A DNA stretch of 32,000 nt from Candidatus Scalindua sp. Lineage in GTDB: Bacteria > Planctomycetota > Brocadiia > Brocadiales > Scalinduaceae. The first letter of the stretch is position 1; each line of letters opens with the position of its first letter. The position numbers and the translations under genes are program-made. Location: the NCBI GenBank assembly GCA_031316235.1, contig JALDRA010000001.1, positions 60,001-92,000 on the forward strand. The letters run 5' to 3'. This document shows, piece after piece, positions 1 through 9,623 of this stretch. The notes under the pieces are model-generated. The model worked only from the letters and a program-made list of their open reading frames with translations, did not search any database and was not told the origin of the DNA.

Positions 1-180
1 CCCAAGAATCAGTTGTCCTAATATCTCCGCTCTCTCTTCGAAAACAGCTTTTGAGATTTCTCCTAAATCTTCCATTGAGTACTCTTCCTCAATCTTATCC
101 AATCGGGTGTCTAAAAAACCATAAAATAAAGCTCTCCAGTTATCGGATGACTCTATCTTTCTTTTCACCACACAAGTCAA
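1..180 (-). CDS. hypothetical protein, N-terminal part only (runs off the left edge)
   Basis: The minus-strand frame is open from an in-frame stop at 193-195 to the window edge. Possible starts are TTG 180, GTG 171 and GTG 168. Translation reads ..VVKRKIESSDNWRALFYGFLDTRLDKIEEEYSMEDLGEISKAVFEERAEILGQLILG. It begins ~24 nt after the methyltransferase stop. No family recognised. Confidence 0.25.
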   Translation of the reverse strand, partial: MTCVVKRKIESSDNWRALFYGFLDTRLDKIEEEYSMEDLGEISKAVFEERAEILGQLILG

Positions 181-203
181 AAATACCCCCTTTCAAAAGA
201 CTT

Positions 204-869
204 CTATCGCTCCCTGAATACATCTATGGCGAATAGTAACGCCTGACGTTCTAATACAGGCATGGATTTAAGTTTCGCTGTCCACCTTTTGGTCTTCCTC
301 TTTATCCGTTCCCGCTCACGAAAGTTATTGCCAAGATAACGATAGTCGTGCAGTCCTACCGGAACACTATAGTTCATCCATAACCACTCCGTTGCTACGC
401 CATGATGACAGACGGCCTGAAAAGAATGTGTCTGCCAGCTACGCAATGATTCTTTGTATAAGGTTGACTCGTAACCGGATATCATCACCATGCAGGGAAG
501 AGTTTTCAAAACTTCCAAAAGTTCGATGTGCTGCGCACGGCTATAGTCATATTTATATAGCCGTCCATACTTTTTCCTTGTCTCGCGAAGATATGGTGGG
601 TCACAATATACCAGTTCTTTTCCTGTGAAATGATAATTATTCAGATAATTAATTGCGTCATCATGGACCAGTTCAAAACCTATTGGATGCATATTTGTCC
701 ACATCTCAACAACTTCCGAGTCAATTTCTATCCCAAAATTACTCCTGGCAGGTCGTTTGTTCCGTATAACAGCGCCACCACCCAAATGAGTCTCTATGTA
801 GACATCATGGGGTGGCATAAGATTGATTAACTTTTGGAATACACCTCCTTTGCCGCCTGGATAATTCAT
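204..869 (-). CDS. DNA N6-adenine methyltransferase, Dam/D12 class (orphan, phage-like size)
   Basis: 221-aa ORF. N-terminal YPGGKG and SAM-binding-like ETHLGGGAV. Catalytic DPPY motif (VYCDPPYLRE). No restriction endonuclease gene is adjacent. Confidence 0.85.
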   Translation of the reverse strand: MNYPGGKGGVFQKLINLMPPHDVYIETHLGGGAVIRNKRPARSNFGIEIDSEVVEMWTNMHPIGFELVHDDAINYLNNYHFTGKELVYCDPPYLRETRKKYGRLYKYDYSRAQHIELLEVLKTLPCMVMISGYESTLYKESLRSWQTHSFQAVCHHGVATEWLWMNYSVPVGLHDYRYLGNNFRERERIKRKTKRWTAKLKSMPVLERQALLFAIDVFRER

Positions 870-1011
870 GGAAGAATTATCGTTGAAAACAACGAGGAAG
901 TCAAGATCTTTTATTATATTTTACAAAAAATCGGGAATGCTCCCATAACACTCCTATCTGTCCAATCCAGAAAACAAATGTCCATTTGATTATATCGGAC
1001 TTACTCTTTTC

Positions 1012-1124
1012 TATACTCATCTCATAATGGTTTTCGGATAAAACCCGAGACAAAATTGAGCGAGTATAACTGCAACCAAGATTTTGTTTCCGGTAAAGCC
1101 GAAAACCAAATCGGTTTTAGTATA
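1012..1124 (+). mobile_element. MITE type 1, copy A (~113 bp, two-hairpin element bounded by TATACT...AGTATA)
   Basis: Sequence runs tatactcatctcataatggttttcggataaaacccgagacaaaattgagcgagtata...gattttgtttccggtaaagccgaaaaccaaatcggttttagtata. Near-identical copies lie at 23772, 25632, 27214, 30512 (reverse strand) and 31031. Confidence 0.8.
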
Positions 1125-1694
1125 TCTCAATTCTATGTTTTCCACACTCCTCAGTGATTTCCTGGTTCAACCTACCGGTTTCTTCGGTAAGTCGTCTTTC
1201 AAACCTTTCTTCGGCAAACACTATAATCTCCTCGTGATTACGGGAACTTCTTCTTGTTCAATTGAAAAATAATCGCTACAAGGTATCACACGTTACAATA
1301 ATATAGCCTGCTCCCTTTAATAATTCAATTTGCTTTTGCATTAAAGCTATTCCTTACCTGGCAGAGCCAGAACCAAAAAGGAATAAATTTTATATGTGTT
1401 CTTGTTCGGCCAGGTTGTTAAATGAAAACCTGACCACCTGTGCCGAACATTGCAGTATTCAAAAAGATCAGAAAATCAAGATATTGCAATTTAGAGACTA
1501 AGTGGTATCTGAAGCGGAAAGCTAAAATATCTCAAGATTTCGTGTAATTCTGTGCTATTTCGTGGGCTATTAAAGAAAAATTCTTTGGAATCATGTTGCC
1601 TGCCCACTGATACCACGAAAGAACACTATTACTATAGCTCTATTCCCGACTTGTCTTACGATAATGCATTCTTGCCTAAATATGAGGATTGAAA

Positions 1695-1738
1695 CCAAAA
1701 AAGAGGAATCCCGTTAGAGACATAAGCCCTAACGGGAT
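1695..1738 (-). terminator. putative rho-independent terminator after the 1156-aa gene
   Basis: On the minus strand a 10-bp stem (atcccgttag, 11-nt loop, ctaacgggat) is followed by tcctcTTTTTTgg. It lies ~20 nt downstream of the stop at 1759. Confidence 0.55.
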
Positions 1739-1758
1739 ACGTGACTCACTAATTAGAA

Positions 1759-4700
1759 TCAAGGAGTTGTTCTTACTCTCAAGGGAGGGGAAGGTGGAAT
1801 TGTGTCTATAGTGCTTCCATTAAAAAGAACCTGGACTTCGTCCGCGGTGAGTGCTCGATCGTAAATACGCAGGTCATCAATTTTACCGTTAAAAGGAATT
1901 GAAATCGGTGTCGCAACGAGATCGTTACTACTCCAGCTTGCAGCCCCTAAAACGATTGGTTCGAAGTTACCACTTCCCCCTGATGTAATTCCTAATCCTC
2001 CAGTATAAGGGTTTGATGCTTCTTCCTGACCATCCAGGTAGAGCTTCATCCCATCATTCCCAAATGTAAATATAACATGATACCAATTATTAGCTACCAC
2101 CAAAGCACTTTTGATTGTAAAAGTAGCTGACTTACTTTGAAAGCGAACAACTACAGTCGAATTTGAATCAATCATAATCGTAAAATGCCCTCCAGTATCG
2201 AAATCTCTTGAATCCTTTGAACAGAGACCTTGATTTGTGACATCCTTGGCGTTGAACCAAAAAGACAGAGTTCCATTTTCTATCAAATAATTGATCGAAT
2301 GAGGTACCTCTAAGAAGTCATTCGTCCCATCAAAATCCAACGCTCCTCCGATCTTTCCAACTGTCCAAATTGGTCCATTTACCAAAGTAGCATTGTTACT
2401 GTTAACTGAAGAATCAATGGCAACTGTGCTATTGCTATCATCCAACTTCCAATGTCCGATTAAATTCTGGTTGGTTGAAGGAGGTGTAGTACCAGTAAAA
2501 GTAGTTTCTGAAACTGTAAGGCTTATATCTGATTCCAAACCAGCTCCATTAACTGCTGAAATTTTATAACTATATGTTGTTCCGGAACTAAGTCCTGTAT
2601 CTGTGAATGAGCTTGTTGTAGATTTTCCAATATTAGTACCATTTCTATAAATACTATAATAAATAACACCAGATTCAGGGTCACTTGCAGCTTGCCATGT
2701 GAGATTAATCTCTGACTCACTTTGGCTAACTCCAGTGAGACCCAGCGGGGTTGTGGGAGGAGTATTATCAGTACTACCTACAATTGGAAGATATATTTTC
2801 CAAATTAAACCTCCTGGAGGATCCTGTGATAAGTACAAATAATTAGTACCATCATGTGCTGCGCCCCAATGACCTGTAATGGATGCACCTATTATTGGAA
2901 TAATTTGATTCACATCTGCATCACCACCATTTGGACTAGAATCAATTTTAATTAATTTAATAACGTTATTATTTGCAGGTTTATATATCAAAAACCCACC
3001 TGCGCAAGTTACATCGTTAGGTTTCTTATCAGGCAACCAAAAACGTTTCAAAACTGTTCCGTTGCTGTCCATCATTTGAACGCCTGCTTTTGATAATCCA
3101 GAATGATCGCCATTTACAACCCAGTAGATATTTGTACCGTCATGGGCAATACCATCAGGATCAAAGTAATCGCCATGTGTTTGTCCGTCCGGCCAAAGAA
3201 AATCTGTGTAAGAACTCCCCTGCAATCCTGTTGTGTCATTTATTTCAATGATTTTAGCGCTTGCTCTACTGCCATCTACACGTGGGCCTATATATAAACT
3301 ATTAGCTCCGTCATGGGCTGCACCTTCAATCCTCAGTATATTAAGATCATGAGTTCTTGTAATTGCAGGAGCGTTACCGCCTTGAGCGGCTGTTATATCT
3401 ATGCGATAAGCCTTTCCGTCAGAACCACTCTCCACATAATCAACTGCCCATAACTGTGAACCATCCCATGCCAGTCCATTCAAGCTATTAAACACAGAAG
3501 GAATCACATAGGTAGTGACGACCTCACCGACTTGCGCAAGTACAGTAGTTACACCATCTATATTTATTGAAACCTCATCAAACCAAGCTTGAATCTTGCT
3601 GTTATTGTCCATGTGATCAAAACGATGAGTTAATAGATTACTGCGGCGAATAGTACTGTTTTCATCCGGATCAACTACCGTGCCGTTCGTATGTAACTTT
3701 TCAGTCCATAGGGCCAGACCAATGCGATGCATTCCAGCAGAAACATTGAATTGAACATCCGCATTTTCAAAATTAGTATTCTGATCCCCTGTAAAATCGA
3801 TGTTTTTGACCACTGTATCATTATCAAGAACTAATATTTTAAATCTGTCATTATTGTTAATATTCACGGATAACACCTTGTAATCAAAGCCTACTGTCAG
3901 CGAACCATCGTTAGCTACATATAAAGGTTTAAACCACCGGCCGCCTGCATTTTTAACAATTGAATCTGACATCACATTTGATCCACTTTGATTCCAACCC
4001 GGAGAATAATTAAAAGCCTCAATCTGAATAGTTCCATTTTCAAGTTTGCCGTTTACATAATTAGCTTCAGATTGTGAAAAATCTGCACCGTTTAGGCCCG
4101 TGTCTACATACTGCCAACTGCCTATGCCTGATTCAAATGAATCGACACTACTTGTTGTACCGCTCACAGGTTCTACAATAACCTTTAACGGCTCACTCTC
4201 GAAAGTACCATTTGTATAAGTAGTGGTAAGCGTTACATTATAAATACCGGGTGTATTATACGTTTTAGAAGGATTTGCTAAAGTTGAATTTGTACCGTCG
4301 CCAAAATTCCAATAATAACTTACATTTTCCGTCATGGGACTTGATTTAAAAGCAAGAGATTGGCCAGTTACCGAAACTCGGTCATTATCATTAAGATAAA
4401 TAAGTGGACGTAAAAAATCGCTCTGGCTTTTGGCAATACCTGCAGAAGCAAACTTATGATTTGTTCCATACCACTGAAATATTCCAAAATTCTGTAGTGT
4501 AGGATTCCACTGAGGCGGATCGGAATTATCTGGTTGCCCGCATTCAGGATCCCATAAGTTAGTAAAACTTCCATTGGCCAAGGGGGTGCCGTTACCAATA
4601 TCTGCAACGGTAGGGTTTACCTGATTATTCGTAAGATAAATAGCCCCATCAAACTGAGTATCGTTTACACCCCGAGGCTTAACATGCAACTCTAAGGTAT

Positions 4701-5229
4701 ACCATTTGTCTGGATCAAAGCTATTAAGTACAGGAGTCCCCTGAGCATAGCCAAAAATATCGCCATCTGTCCATTGCTTAAATCTAAAATAGTATTGACC
4801 GGAGATTTTCATTATCCCCAAAGCAACACCCTCTGTTTCCGGATGTGCTGTTCCACCTGTATCAGCATGCGCCAAAAGTCCAGCAAAGGTAAAGCTACCA
4901 GCGTCGCCTAATTTCATTGTTGACCGAATATAATATTCATTATCAGCATAATTATTATTGTTTACATCCATAACTAATGCCCCATCATCAATGCTTTGAG
5001 TAAGAGTCAAAATTCCGCCTTGGATATTGAATGACTCTCCAAATAAATGCGCCTGCTGCCAGTTAAAATTTTCAATACGGTGAACCTTACCGGTACTTTG
5101 AGCTTGCGTGGGTATGTTAATAAAATTAAAGTTTGTTACTTGAGATTGGGTTGCGTTAGAATTATTAGTATGAAGCAAAACCAGAAAACTTACCAAAAGA
5201 CAAAAAACATAATTGAGGTTTTTAATCAT
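1759..5229 (-). CDS. large secreted multidomain protein (jelly-roll-like N-terminus, PKD, beta-propeller, FN3, LamG/ConA-like)
   Basis: 1156-aa ORF with a signal-peptide-like N-terminus (MIKNLNYVFCLLVSFLVLLHT). PKD-like segment YYWNFGDGTNS..YNTPGIYNVTLT (~nt 4170-4380). Propeller blades with LAWDGSQLW / GAAHDGANSLY / GIAHDGTNIYW / GAAHDGTNYLY (~nt 2790-3490). FN3-like segment INLTWQAASDPESGVIYYSIYRNG..YSYKISAVNGAGLES (~nt 2510-2760). LamG-like C-terminus LIGHWKLDD..ALDFDGTNDFLEV..LSFWF..GKIDDLRIYDRALTADEV (~nt 1830-2470). No PEP-CTERM tail. Confidence 0.85.
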   Translation of the reverse strand: MIKNLNYVFCLLVSFLVLLHTNNSNATQSQVTNFNFINIPTQAQSTGKVHRIENFNWQQAHLFGESFNIQGGILTLTQSIDDGALVMDVNNNNYADNEYYIRSTMKLGDAGSFTFAGLLAHADTGGTAHPETEGVALGIMKISGQYYFRFKQWTDGDIFGYAQGTPVLNSFDPDKWYTLELHVKPRGVNDTQFDGAIYLTNNQVNPTVADIGNGTPLANGSFTNLWDPECGQPDNSDPPQWNPTLQNFGIFQWYGTNHKFASAGIAKSQSDFLRPLIYLNDNDRVSVTGQSLAFKSSPMTENVSYYWNFGDGTNSTLANPSKTYNTPGIYNVTLTTTYTNGTFESEPLKVIVEPVSGTTSSVDSFESGIGSWQYVDTGLNGADFSQSEANYVNGKLENGTIQIEAFNYSPGWNQSGSNVMSDSIVKNAGGRWFKPLYVANDGSLTVGFDYKVLSVNINNNDRFKILVLDNDTVVKNIDFTGDQNTNFENADVQFNVSAGMHRIGLALWTEKLHTNGTVVDPDENSTIRRSNLLTHRFDHMDNNSKIQAWFDEVSINIDGVTTVLAQVGEVVTTYVIPSVFNSLNGLAWDGSQLWAVDYVESGSDGKAYRIDITAAQGGNAPAITRTHDLNILRIEGAAHDGANSLYIGPRVDGSRASAKIIEINDTTGLQGSSYTDFLWPDGQTHGDYFDPDGIAHDGTNIYWVVNGDHSGLSKAGVQMMDSNGTVLKRFWLPDKKPNDVTCAGGFLIYKPANNNVIKLIKIDSSPNGGDADVNQIIPIIGASITGHWGAAHDGTNYLYLSQDPPGGLIWKIYLPIVGSTDNTPPTTPLGLTGVSQSESEINLTWQAASDPESGVIYYSIYRNGTNIGKSTTSSFTDTGLSSGTTYSYKISAVNGAGLESDISLTVSETTFTGTTPPSTNQNLIGHWKLDDSNSTVAIDSSVNSNNATLVNGPIWTVGKIGGALDFDGTNDFLEVPHSINYLIENGTLSFWFNAKDVTNQGLCSKDSRDFDTGGHFTIMIDSNSTVVVRFQSKSATFTIKSALVVANNWYHVIFTFGNDGMKLYLDGQEEASNPYTGGLGITSGGSGNFEPIVLGAASWSSNDLVATPISIPFNGKIDDLRIYDRALTADEVQVLFNGSTIDTIPPSPPLRVRTTP

Positions 5230-5318
5230 TTTCTATTTCCTTTCATTTTCACTACATCCCACAGGACTTTATAGAATTATGTTTTCTCACAATAGTAAAC
5301 TTGTTAAAACTCATCAAC

Positions 5319-5476
5319 AGTGTCCGGTTAGGTTTTTGCGTATTTAATTTATTGCCCAAAAACTGTCATTCCCGCATGTTTTTAGCGGGAATCCATGATG
5401 AAACGAGTCTCTGGATACCCGATAAAGACGCTCGGGTATGACAAAAGCCGCCTACGCAAAAACCTAACCGGACACT
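5319..5476. mobile_element. MITE type 2 (158 bp, 24-bp perfect terminal inverted repeats)
   Basis: agtgtccggttaggtttttgcgta (5319-5342) is the exact reverse complement of tacgcaaaaacctaaccggacact (5453-5476). Two internal hairpins: cattcccgc..gcgggaatc and ggatacccga..tcgggtatg. Partial copies lie at 26918-27055 and, inverted, 27470-27544. Confidence 0.7.
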
Positions 5477-5934
5477 ACTTAAAAATCATAAGTGTTTATA
5501 GAGTTAAAAAAGTTTTGTTTGATGGAAGATAGACAAAACAAATATATTTAATTTTGTTCGCGTAGTTGTTCACAAAATACTGCTCTATGCCATGCACAAA
5601 TTTCTGATTAAGAGCGAATTGCATACCGTTTCCAGGCCTCTAAATATTTTTTTTACGATTCTTTTGCACCTCATACAAATTGTTCTCTTTTGATACTTAA
5701 ACTACCAAAAAAACCTTCCAAAAGAAATATGTTTACTTATTTGCGCAAGTCAATTAAGAAAAAAGGCTATCGTCACTCAAATATTAATTGTCGAATTTTA
5801 TTACGAAATGGCACCTTTTTAATCTATATTGGTACATAAACCGATCGTACATAAACTAAAGAGATTACAAAATTAAAATTTACACTTTAACCTATGTTTT
5901 CAAGCTTCTCTATTTTTACCAGTTGTCATTTAAC

Positions 5935-7788
5935 TCAAATTTTACCTTCTATAAAAATTTGATGCCAAAGTTCAAAAGTGAGAATCGCCCAGAACTGTCT
6001 CCTGTAAAATGCATTATTGTGGTTTTTGTTTACTATTGATTCTACAAATTTATAATTAAAGAATCCTTTTTCTTCTATATTCTTTTTTGACAGAACGTTC
6101 CTACTAAAATCCATTAAGTCCCCTTCCATCCACCTCTGAATAGGCACAGTAAAACCATGTTTTTTCCTTTTGACAATTGCTTCTGGAACAACCGGCAGCA
6201 TTGCTTTCCTTAAAATATATTTATCAGTCAAACCCTTTAATTTCATTGAAACAGGGATTTCAGCCATCTTTTCAGCAAAAATATGATCTAAAAACGGAAC
6301 TCTTGCTTCAATCGAATTAGCCATTGTCATCTTATCATTTTTTAACAGCACATCATTAGGCAGCCACGTTTTAATATCAAGGTAAAGCAGGTTATTTAAA
6401 AAATCATCATTTTTAGTTATATATTTTTTTACAATTTCAAAAGAGCTGTTAAAATTCACAAGCCTTTTCTTAGTTTGATCAGAATATAATAATTTTTTCT
6501 CTCGCTGCGAAAATACAGAAGTTAACTTTAAATATGCGTCAGCTGGTTCCTTAACACTACTCAAATAGTCGCAAGCCCTTAAAACTTTAATATTTTTCCG
6601 CTGTACAAAAGAAAGAAAAGAAAAAATCTTCGGTGGTATCAACGAAGAGTATTTATGGCCAATTGAGAGGATTTTATATTTATCATATCCTGCAAACATT
6701 TCGTCTGCCCCTTCACCACTTAAAATAACCTTCACATAATCTTTTGTCAACTCCGACATCATATAAGTGGGAATAGTCGCTGCATCTGCCATGGGCTCAT
6801 CCAGATGCCAGATAACTTTCTTTATTAACTCTACAGCATTAGACTTTGCAATTAATTGGTGATGTTTAGTTCCAAAATGATTCGCAACAATATCTGCATA
6901 TTTTGATTCATCAAGTTTTTCATCATCAAAACCTATTGAAAAAGTCTCAACAGGAGAACTGTTTATTTTACTCATTAAGCCTACCATAAAGCTGGAATCT
7001 AAACCCCCGGATAAGTAAGCCCCTAGGGGAACATCACTGATTAATCTTTTCTCTATGGAATCTGTTAGTAACTCTGTAATGTCTTCAACAATATCATCCT
7101 CGCTTATTGAAGATTCGTCGTCATTAAACACTATATCCCAATACCGCTCAATTTCAGACTTTTTATTTTTTATGATTACTATATGCCCTGGTTCAAGCTT
7201 AAATATATTTTTAAACATAGTCTTATTTTCAGGAACATATCTAAACGTAAAGTATTGATCAAAAGCCTCAATGTCTACCTCTCTAACTACTTTATCATTC
7301 TGTAACAAAGACTTAATTTCTGAAGCAAATATAAATTCTCCCGATGACAACTCTGTATAATATAGCGGCTTTATGCCGAACCGGTCTCTTGCTAAGAATA
7401 GCTCCTTTCTTTTCTTATCCCAAATAGCGAACGCGAACATGCCCCTTAGATAATCAACACAGCTTTTTCCGTATTCTTCATACAGATGAACAATTACTTC
7501 TGAGTCAGTATTTGTTTTAAATACATGTCCAGATTCGAGGAGCTTATTTTTTAATTCTTTAAAGTTATAAATCTCCCCATTATAAACAAGCACTAAAGAC
7601 TCTTCTTCATTAAAAATGGGCTGATGCCCTGTCTTTAAATCAATAATACTCAGCCTTCGGTGTCCGAGTCCAACATAATTATCTCTATAAAATCCACGAT
7701 CATCAGGACCGCGATGAGACATTATGTCAGTCATTCTTTCTAGAACATCTTGACTATAATTTCCAATAAATCCACAAATTCCACACAT
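5935..7788 (-). CDS. asnB: asparagine synthase (glutamine-hydrolysing) family amidotransferase, EPS-locus type
   Basis: 617 aa. N-terminal MCGICGF (Cys2 nucleophile of Ntn glutaminase). PP-loop SGGLDSS. Last gene of a tightly packed operon. Confidence 0.9.
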   Translation of the reverse strand: MCGICGFIGNYSQDVLERMTDIMSHRGPDDRGFYRDNYVGLGHRRLSIIDLKTGHQPIFNEEESLVLVYNGEIYNFKELKNKLLESGHVFKTNTDSEVIVHLYEEYGKSCVDYLRGMFAFAIWDKKRKELFLARDRFGIKPLYYTELSSGEFIFASEIKSLLQNDKVVREVDIEAFDQYFTFRYVPENKTMFKNIFKLEPGHIVIIKNKKSEIERYWDIVFNDDESSISEDDIVEDITELLTDSIEKRLISDVPLGAYLSGGLDSSFMVGLMSKINSSPVETFSIGFDDEKLDESKYADIVANHFGTKHHQLIAKSNAVELIKKVIWHLDEPMADAATIPTYMMSELTKDYVKVILSGEGADEMFAGYDKYKILSIGHKYSSLIPPKIFSFLSFVQRKNIKVLRACDYLSSVKEPADAYLKLTSVFSQREKKLLYSDQTKKRLVNFNSSFEIVKKYITKNDDFLNNLLYLDIKTWLPNDVLLKNDKMTMANSIEARVPFLDHIFAEKMAEIPVSMKLKGLTDKYILRKAMLPVVPEAIVKRKKHGFTVPIQRWMEGDLMDFSRNVLSKKNIEEKGFFNYKFVESIVNKNHNNAFYRRQFWAILTFELWHQIFIEGKI

Positions 7789-7792
7789 TTTA

Positions 7793-8854
7793 TTAATTAG
7801 GAAGTAATTTTGTACCTATATGAAAAATATTTGATAAGCCTTGAGGAATACAAGTCCTGCAAGGTTCTGTTGGTCTTTCTCCTCTTGCAAGGGCAGCTCT
7901 TAATTCCTTATATTTGTCGTTATTCCAAATCTTTTTAAAAGGCTCCTGAAAAATATTCCCCATATGGCCAACATCTCTTTGCCATGGAATAATCGGGCAT
8001 GGTCTAACGGTTCCATCAGCATCTATCCAGGATGTAAACCAGGGAAAATAGCAAGGTCTTTTATTTGGGATAAACTGTTCAGAAGGCAGCATCTTATTCC
8101 AGAAAATATCTAAGTCACGCATCCATATGTTAATATTAGTTGTTATTCCATATTTTCCGGTTATTTCATCCGCTTTCATTAACGTTTTCTTTAGTTTATC
8201 TAAAGTTATGTTACCAACAAGCCTGGTCTTTCTCTCTTCCCTCTCTATATACTCAAGATATTGTATATACATCGCTTTTATATTCAGTGAATTTGCAAGT
8301 TCAATCGTATCACATAATTCATCAATATTGTCATTCTGTAAAGCGTAATTGAAGCGGATAGCTGGTTTATTAGTACCTCGGTCATTTTTTATTCTGTTAA
8401 GAGTTTTAATATTGTTTACCAAAACTTCAAACATATCTTTTGCTCTAATTTTCAAGAAAGACTCTTTTGATGATGCATCAATTGACACCTTCAACTGATC
8501 AATACCTGATTCAAATACCTGATCAATTTTTCCCTCAACAAGTGTAAAATTTGTAGCGCAATTAACAGCTGATCCTTGATCCTTAGCATATTTAATTATT
8601 TTAAAAATATCATTATTTAAGAAAGGCTCACCAAGGCCGCTAACGTTTATTTTTTCAGATTTTATTTCGTCATAAACTTTTTTAAAAGTTTCAAATCTCA
8701 TTATTGCAGGCTCAGGATATAAAATATCTCTATGACATGAGGCACACCTCAAGTTACAGGCATTTGTCGTTTCAACCTGGATATGCATTGGCAGGCCAAC
8801 AACTTTTTCCCCTCGCCTAAAAATATTGAACAATGTCTGAAGTTTTTTTTTCAA
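7793..8854 (-). CDS. radical SAM enzyme with C-terminal SPASM-like cysteine cluster
   Basis: 353 aa. CNLRCASC (CxxxCxxC) near the N-terminus. C-terminal CYFPW..DADGTVRPCP and PCRTC cysteine motifs. The start overlaps the upstream methyltransferase stop by 4 nt. Confidence 0.85.
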   Translation of the reverse strand: MKKKLQTLFNIFRRGEKVVGLPMHIQVETTNACNLRCASCHRDILYPEPAIMRFETFKKVYDEIKSEKINVSGLGEPFLNNDIFKIIKYAKDQGSAVNCATNFTLVEGKIDQVFESGIDQLKVSIDASSKESFLKIRAKDMFEVLVNNIKTLNRIKNDRGTNKPAIRFNYALQNDNIDELCDTIELANSLNIKAMYIQYLEYIEREERKTRLVGNITLDKLKKTLMKADEITGKYGITTNINIWMRDLDIFWNKMLPSEQFIPNKRPCYFPWFTSWIDADGTVRPCPIIPWQRDVGHMGNIFQEPFKKIWNNDKYKELRAALARGERPTEPCRTCIPQGLSNIFHIGTKLLPN

Positions 8855-9615
8855 TTTTTAAGCTTCTTTTTTTGTGCTACAATAATCAAAGATTCAAAGA
8901 ATGTTTTACGTATTTTCCACAAAAGATTTCCCTGTCCCAAATATTCAAACAACCATGTTGTAAAGCCAAAATGAACAGGAACCATAATAGTATTAACAAG
9001 GTGTCTTAGAATGTGATGAAAAAATCCTGACTTCACCCAGAACCATCCAATCACGTGTTGCACATTTACAACTGTTATCCCATTATCATCCAATAAATTA
9101 GCTACTCTACGTTTTGTTGTCACAAAACTATGAGTGTAATCCATTTCAAAAAAAAACTCTTTGGATGTTAAGTAGTTAGGAACAACAAGGCAAAGATGGC
9201 CATCTTCTCTAAGCACCCGTGAGATTTCAAAAGCGAAACGAGATGCTTCGTTATATGTAGGCAAATGTTCAAGAATCATACTGGCATATACAATATCACA
9301 GCTCTTTTCTTCCAGTGGAATAGGGGGAACAAAAGCATCAATTACATTTATTATTTTCTTCAGAAGTTCTTCTCTCAAATATTTATTGGGTTCAAAACCA
9401 ATATAGTCCAACCCGGCATTAACACATTCCAACGCAAAGTGACCTAATCCAGGCCCAACCTCCATAATAACCTTCCCTTTTTTGGAGAAAGACATTATAT
9501 GTTTAAGCATATCTTTACTATATTTATTCTTTATCCTTAGGTACATACCTGATGTTTCTCCAAGTGAGGATACTGTATTTTCTGTTGACATTTTTTGTAA
9601 CATAAGGATTTCCAC
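8851..9615 (-). CDS. class I SAM-dependent methyltransferase
   Basis: 254 aa. Motif I VIMEVGPGLGHF. Post-I/II-like DIVYASMILEHL. Confidence 0.8.
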   Translation of the reverse strand: MEILMLQKMSTENTVSSLGETSGMYLRIKNKYSKDMLKHIMSFSKKGKVIMEVGPGLGHFALECVNAGLDYIGFEPNKYLREELLKKIINVIDAFVPPIPLEEKSCDIVYASMILEHLPTYNEASRFAFEISRVLREDGHLCLVVPNYLTSKEFFFEMDYTHSFVTTKRRVANLLDDNGITVVNVQHVIGWFWVKSGFFHHILRHLVNTIMVPVHFGFTTWLFEYLGQGNLLWKIRKTFFESLIIVAQKKKLKN

Positions 9616-9623
9616 CTCCTGGT

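Noticed and set aside
51-236. Plus-strand ORFs 51..236 and 1084..1272, and ORF 31530..31751
   Set aside because: 51..236 overlaps the partial minus-strand ORF and the methyltransferase 3' end. 1084..1272 starts inside MITE copy A. 31530..31751 runs across the 19-nt direct repeats. None has motifs or a plausible ribosome-binding site.
392-830. Plus-strand ORFs 392..628 and 630..830, and similar antisense or alternative-frame ORFs inside larger genes (2523..2720, 3103..3297, 4368..4607, 5047..5274, 7055..7258, 8127..8352, 8783..8974, 9265..9447, 11682..11891, 12808..13086, 14017..14292, 18230..18666, 19380..19973, 23309..23563, 23915..24250, 24382..24760, 28123..28311, 29207..29866)
   Set aside because: All are fully embedded in longer ORFs that carry clear family motifs. 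They have low-complexity or odd composition and no recognisable motifs, so they are treated as shadow ORFs.
1759-1830. PEP-CTERM sorting signal at the C-terminus of the 1156-aa protein (also checked in ORF 21191..21397)
   Set aside because: The expected PEP motif, TM helix and Arg-rich tail are absent. The large protein ends ..TIDTIPPSPPLRVRTTP. The small ORF has a TM plus a basic tail but no PEP motif.
5350-5385. Similarity of ATTCCCGC...GCGGGAAT hairpins in MITE type 2 to Neisseria dRS3/NIME repeats
   Set aside because: Only the short ATTCCC/GGGAAT arms are shared. Spacing (14 nt here, much longer in the second copy) and context differ, so there is not enough to claim homology.
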